The position numbers were made by a program, and so were the translations under genes. 64,000 bases of DNA from an uncultured delta proteobacterium (GTDB lineage Bacteria > Myxococcota_A > Polyangia > Haliangiales > Haliangiaceae): assembly GCA_963848295.1 (NCBI GenBank), contig CAWKDB010000010.1, positions 2,560,001-2,624,000 of the forward strand. Reading direction: 5' to 3'. Shown one piece after another: positions 59,975 through 64,000 of the stretch (positions within the stretch are counted from its first letter, which is position 1; every line of letters begins with the position of its first letter). The notes below the pieces were generated by a model. That model was not told the origin of the DNA, searched no databases, and was given only the letters and a program-made list of their open reading frames with translations.

Positions 59975-60442
59975 ATGCAGCGCAGTACTCTCGGATTGGC
60001 TGTCCTCGCCGCCTGCGGTGGTGGCGGATCTCACAAGCTCGCGGATGCGTGCCTCGCGAGCGGCACCGTCACCGCGACCATGACCGGGCCGAGCGACTAC
60101 GCTTGTCACGACCCGTATATGATGAGCCTCACGGTCGTCAACACCGGGTGCGATCCGGTCGTCGTCCAAGGCATCACGCTGTCGGCGACGACCTCTGGGA
60201 CCGGATGCGAAGCGCCCGGCGATTTCACGTACCAACCGCAAGTCGCGGTGGTCGAAGGCGGCCAGACGGCAGTCGTCTTGGCTTTCACCGGCAACCAGTT
60301 CTGCTGCCGCACGATGGACTGCCCGACGCCGTTTCAGTGCGACGACACGTTCACCGCGACGATCAACACCGACGGCGCACCGATCGTGGCGACCAACTCC
60401 GCCCACCTCTCGCTCGACGGCTGCGACGTGATCTGCCCGTAA
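59975..60442 (+). CDS. Cys-containing lipoprotein
   Basis: Lipobox LAAC; beta-rich with many cysteines. Confidence 0.65.
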   Translation: MQRSTLGLAVLAACGGGGSHKLADACLASGTVTATMTGPSDYACHDPYMMSLTVVNTGCDPVVVQGITLSATTSGTGCEAPGDFTYQPQVAVVEGGQTAVVLAFTGNQFCCRTMDCPTPFQCDDTFTATINTDGAPIVATNSAHLSLDGCDVICP

Positions 60443-60496
60443 GTCCTCGGGATCGTCGTCACGCAACTTTGGCGGCCCCGGGCCGATACCGCCCGC

Positions 60497-60898
60497 ATGA
60501 CGAACCCCGCGCTGGCGATCTACACCGAGCTACCGACCGAGCCATCTCTCGCCGCCACGTCGACGGCCGCGGCGGCGGAGCGAGCGCTTCGCACGACGGT
60601 GACCGAGAGCGTGTCGCCCGCCGCCGAGCGCGCGTTGCTCGCGATCCTCGACGCCCCGCCGCAACCCGGTGAGACCTTGAACGCCGCATATCACCGCAAG
60701 GAGCGCGAGCTCGGCACCGCGTTCGCCAAGCTCGCGGTGAGCGAAGCGCGTGCCTTGGTGCGCCGGCTGACGACGCGGCGAGTGGATGACGGGCTCGCGG
60801 TTCGATTCGGCCGTCTCGTCGCCGATCGCCGCCATCGCTTGCTCGCGTTCCTCGGCGATGCGCGCCGCCGCGAAGCGCTCGCGCGAATGATTCGTTAA
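60497..60898 (+). CDS. Hypothetical protein
   Basis: GC-type codon usage; helical; fills the gap between genes. Confidence 0.55.
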   Translation: MTNPALAIYTELPTEPSLAATSTAAAAERALRTTVTESVSPAAERALLAILDAPPQPGETLNAAYHRKERELGTAFAKLAVSEARALVRRLTTRRVDDGLAVRFGRLVADRRHRLLAFLGDARRREALARMIR

Positions 60899-62085
60899 GC
60901 CGCCGGCAAGTCGAACGTGAACACCGTACCGGTTCCGACGACGCTGCGCACGAGCAGCTGGCCCTGGTAGCTCTCGACGATCGCCCGCGCGACCGATAGG
61001 CCGAGCCCGGTGCCGAGCTCTTCCGGTTTCGTCGTGAAGAACGGCTCGAAGATCTTCGGCAGATCGGCGGGGTCGATGCCGCGACCGTTGTCGGCGACCG
61101 AGCACACGACGCGGCCCAGCGTCGCTTCGGGATCGACCTCGATCGTGATCGCGCCGCTGCCGGGCACGCTCGCGTCGCCGGCATTGAGTATGAGATTGAC
61201 CATGATCTGCTCGATCCGCGCGCGATTGACCGTGACCATGCACGGCGCCTCGCCGAGGCGGAGGTTCACGGCGATCCGATGGAGCTTACCCGCCCCTTCG
61301 AGCATCGCGACCACGCCACGCACGACGTCGCGCAGATCGAGCGGGGTGGCGTGATCGGGGCCGGGCCGCGCGAGCTGCATCATCCGGTCGCCGTGCATCT
61401 TGATGTGATCCGCGACGCGCTCGAGGTCCGGTAGGATCGTGCGCAGGATCGCCTCGATGTCGGCGTCGTCCTCGATCGCGATGCGTAGGTCATCGACCGC
61501 GCCGATCTGGATCTGGGCGATATTGCGCAGCTCGTGTCCGACCCCACCGGCGAGCGTGCCGAGCGTGGAGCGGCGCTCCGCGAGCAACAGCTGAGTCCGC
61601 GTGGTCTCGAGCCGTTCTCCGATCGTCGTGAGCGCGGCACGCAACTCGGCTTCCGCAGCACGCCGGCGTGCGATCTCGCGCTCGCGGTCATCGAGCAGCT
61701 GTCGCCTCTGGCGCGCATCGCGGCCGACGAGCACGATGCCCTTGAGCTCGCCACCGTCGCCGAGCACCGGCGCACCGGTCATCGACATCGGAATACGTTC
61801 GCCGGCCTTGGTCACCAACCAGGCGGTGTCGCGCCGCATGATGTCGCCATCGGCAATTCTCTTACGTGCGCCCGTCCGGATCCCGGACGACGCGTCATCG
61901 AGGATGCTCGCGATGGGCATCGCCGCGAGCTCGACGGCGGTGAAGCCGGTTAGCAGCTCGGCTGCGGCATTATGGTGCAGTAAGTGGCCCTCGACATCGA
62001 CCACGAAGACCACATCCACCATCGCCTCGAGGACGTGTTCGATCATCGTGCGTTCTCGTTCTCGGAATTCTTCTGAACCTACCAC
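60895..62085 (-). CDS. PAS-domain sensor histidine kinase
   Basis: PAS (NAAAELLTGF), GHELRN, NLILNA, DNGRG and FFTTK..GTGLGL motifs. Confidence 0.9.
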   Translation of the reverse strand: MVGSEEFRERERTMIEHVLEAMVDVVFVVDVEGHLLHHNAAAELLTGFTAVELAAMPIASILDDASSGIRTGARKRIADGDIMRRDTAWLVTKAGERIPMSMTGAPVLGDGGELKGIVLVGRDARQRRQLLDDREREIARRRAAEAELRAALTTIGERLETTRTQLLLAERRSTLGTLAGGVGHELRNIAQIQIGAVDDLRIAIEDDADIEAILRTILPDLERVADHIKMHGDRMMQLARPGPDHATPLDLRDVVRGVVAMLEGAGKLHRIAVNLRLGEAPCMVTVNRARIEQIMVNLILNAGDASVPGSGAITIEVDPEATLGRVVCSVADNGRGIDPADLPKIFEPFFTTKPEELGTGLGLSVARAIVESYQGQLLVRSVVGTGTVFTFDLPAA

Positions 62086-62119
62086 TGCTGGTGGATGAAA
62101 AAGCGAAGCTCCACCACGC

Positions 62120-62521
62120 GTGGCTAGAGAACAGGTCCCGGTTGGTCGATATGTGAAAAGAGTGTCTCTCTCCGAATCACTGGGGGCGTTAGGTGGCTTG
62201 ATCCGGATGACGCGGACCGCGAACGGGCTGACTCAGCAAGCGCTCGGGGAGCGCGCCGGTCTCGGAGGGAAGTACGTCAGCGAGATCGAGCGCGGCACGC
62301 GCGACTTGCCGTTCAGCACGCTGCACGCCTTGGTCGAGCACGGCCTCGCGTTGCGGCTCGAGATCTCGTTCCCGCATCGCAGTATCTCGCGCGCGAGCAG
62401 TCACCCGCCGCTGCCGCGCGCGATCGAAGAGCTCGCGCGCAAGCTGGCCGCCTTGCCTCGTGAACGGCAGCGGGCGGTCGTGGCGCTCGTCAAGGCCGTG
62501 TTGCGACTCGCCAGCGGCTGA
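62120..62521 (+). CDS. XRE-family HTH regulator
   Basis: LTQQALGERAGLGGKYVSEIERG; start uncertain. Confidence 0.8.
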   Translation: MAREQVPVGRYVKRVSLSESLGALGGLIRMTRTANGLTQQALGERAGLGGKYVSEIERGTRDLPFSTLHALVEHGLALRLEISFPHRSISRASSHPPLPRAIEELARKLAALPRERQRAVVALVKAVLRLASG

Positions 62522-62617
62522 CTTGACCGCCGGCAACTCGACTTGCCGGAGCGGTCGAACCTCCCGGGATCACATAGCTGCAACCTTGGTGCGCTGCGTG
62601 CAAATACGCTCCTCGCC

Positions 62618-63631
62618 ATGCAAATCAGCTCCAGCTTCGGCGGTTCGGTCGATGACGCCCAGTGGGCGCACGACACGCTCGAGCGCGAGCGCGAGTCGGT
62701 CACCCATATCTACTTCAAGCCGCCGACCGAGTCCGAGGAGCTGCCGCTCACCTATCCGATGGTTCGCAGCTTCGAGGTCAGCGACGACCGTTTCACGATG
62801 CCGACGTTCCGTCCGAATGCGACGCGGATCTCGCGAACCCACGCGATTCGTCGCGTGACCCCGCCGAGCTACCTGCGCATCGCGCTTGCCGCAGCGTGCG
62901 TCCTGTTCGGGATCATGATCGGCGGCCTGATCGCCTTCGGCGGTCACAGCAGCTCGAACGCCGAGGCCGCCCCGCTCGCGACACCCGCGGCGAAGCCGAT
63001 CGCTGCGAAGCCGACGCTCGCTCCTGCGCCGAAGCAAGTCGCGGTCGCGCCGGTTCCCGCTGCCACCGTCACACCGGCGCCGCCGTCTGCTCCGCCCGTG
63101 ACGCACCCGACGCTCGCCGTCGTGCGGGTCGAGACTCAGCCCGCCGGGGCGACCGCGATGCTCGTCGACGGTGGCAAGACGACGCTGATCGGCACCACGC
63201 CGGTCGACGCCGAGCTCGATCGCACTCGCGAGTACGACGTGATCCTCACGCTCGAAGATCACGAGACGCACATCGAGCATGTCGATCCGAGCACGAACCA
63301 ACACGTCCTCGTGGTGCTCGCCGCTGAAGCAGCCCCTGCGCCCGCGCCCGCACCGGTGCATCATCACCACAACGCGAAGAAGGTCGAGCACACCGTCGTC
63401 GCCGAGAAGCCGGCCGCGACCGGCTCGCTCAAGGTCTCGAGCAAGCCGCCGTGCTCGATCGTCATCGATGGCAAGACCACGGGCCTGACCACCCCGCAAG
63501 CGGCGCTCGTAGTCGCGGTCGGCCATCACGACGTGACGCTCGTGAACGCCGAACAGGGCATTCACCTGACCACCGAAGTCGAGATCAGCGCGGACCGCAC
63601 GACCCAGCTCGTTCAAGACTTCACGAAGTAG
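62618..63631 (+). CDS. Membrane-anchored PEGA-domain protein
   Basis: TM; Pro/Ala linker; two PEGA-like units (TQPAGA..GTTP and SKPPCSIVIDG..TTP). Confidence 0.78.
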   Translation: MQISSSFGGSVDDAQWAHDTLERERESVTHIYFKPPTESEELPLTYPMVRSFEVSDDRFTMPTFRPNATRISRTHAIRRVTPPSYLRIALAAACVLFGIMIGGLIAFGGHSSSNAEAAPLATPAAKPIAAKPTLAPAPKQVAVAPVPAATVTPAPPSAPPVTHPTLAVVRVETQPAGATAMLVDGGKTTLIGTTPVDAELDRTREYDVILTLEDHETHIEHVDPSTNQHVLVVLAAEAAPAPAPAPVHHHHNAKKVEHTVVAEKPAATGSLKVSSKPPCSIVIDGKTTGLTTPQAALVVAVGHHDVTLVNAEQGIHLTTEVEISADRTTQLVQDFTK

Positions 63632-64000
63632 ATTCGCCCACCGGGGTCGCCCCGATCGGAGCGACGTCGGCGCCGATGATCGCGAGCGCGCCCGCATGAG
63701 CTGCGCTGATCGCGAGATCCTGCACGTGCACCGCGGTGCCGGCGACGACGGCATGATCCGCGATCACCGACACTGTCGTCAGATCGTCGAGTAAGCCGAG
63801 GCCAGTCGCCTTGAGGCACGCTTCCTTGCGGCACCAGATGCGCAGGAACGCGCGGCGATCGGTGCAAGCGGCCTCTGCGGGCGAGAGCACGAGTGGGATC
63901 AGCGCCGTGACGTCGAGCGCCGCCGCGAACCGCTCGATGTCGACCCCAACCGGCGCGTCGTGCGCCACCGCGAGCAGCGCGAGGTCCTCGGCGTGCGACA
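63621..64000 (-). CDS. 4'-phosphopantetheinyl transferase (Sfp-type), 5'-truncated by the window edge
   Basis: SH, VGVDIE and WCRKEACLKATGLGL motifs. Confidence 0.88.
   Translation of the reverse strand, partial: SHAEDLALLAVAHDAPVGVDIERFAAALDVTALIPLVLSPAEAACTDRRAFLRIWCRKEACLKATGLGLLDDLTTVSVIADHAVVAGTAVHVQDLAISAAHAGALAIIGADVAPIGATPVGESTS

Noticed and set aside
62120..62521. XRE gene as a prophage repressor
   Set aside because: No phage or integrase genes nearby.
62561..62602. Fifth member of the sigma54 regulon (CTCCCGGGAT plus TGGTGCGCTGCGTGCA before the PEGA gene)
   Set aside because: GG-N10-GC is present, but the palindrome lacks the TGT/ACA arms and is too close to the promoter.
63621..64000. 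PPTase as evidence of an NRPS/PKS cluster
   Set aside because: No synthase or carrier protein in the window; any cluster would lie beyond the edge.

Overview
This is a very GC-rich bacterial window. Its gene content (eukaryote-like Ser/Thr kinases, an FHA-domain sigma54 activator, many Cys-rich lipoproteins, PEGA and TPR proteins) suggests Myxococcota, probably Kofleriaceae/Haliangiales-like; that assignment is inference. It holds about 50 protein-coding genes. I found no rRNA, tRNA, CRISPR array or transposase. The most notable signals are non-coding. (1) A local sigma54 regulon at 3.2-9.5 kb: four -24/-12 promoters, each preceded by the palindrome TGTCCCGGGACA, surround an FHA-AAA+ enhancer-binding protein and a TPR-bearing Ser/Thr kinase. 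One target is a minimised, catalytically dead kinase paralogue. (2) A leaderless Met-rich leader peptide (MNPALRMPMPMR...) with alternative hairpins upstream of metG, a candidate methionine translational attenuator. (3) Widespread TAnnnT boxes 6-8 nt before start codons, implying leaderless mRNAs. (4) A shared candidate ECF promoter motif. (5) A 32-bp inverted repeat pair bracketing a DsbA, acylase, lipase and FadL block. Also present: an orphan RiPP-precursor-like peptide, a toxin-antitoxin pair, a glycerol-1-phosphate dehydrogenase-like gene coupled to a TIM-barrel gene, and two genes with lesions (one in-frame TAG, one frameshift). All product calls come from motif recognition only; no searches were run.
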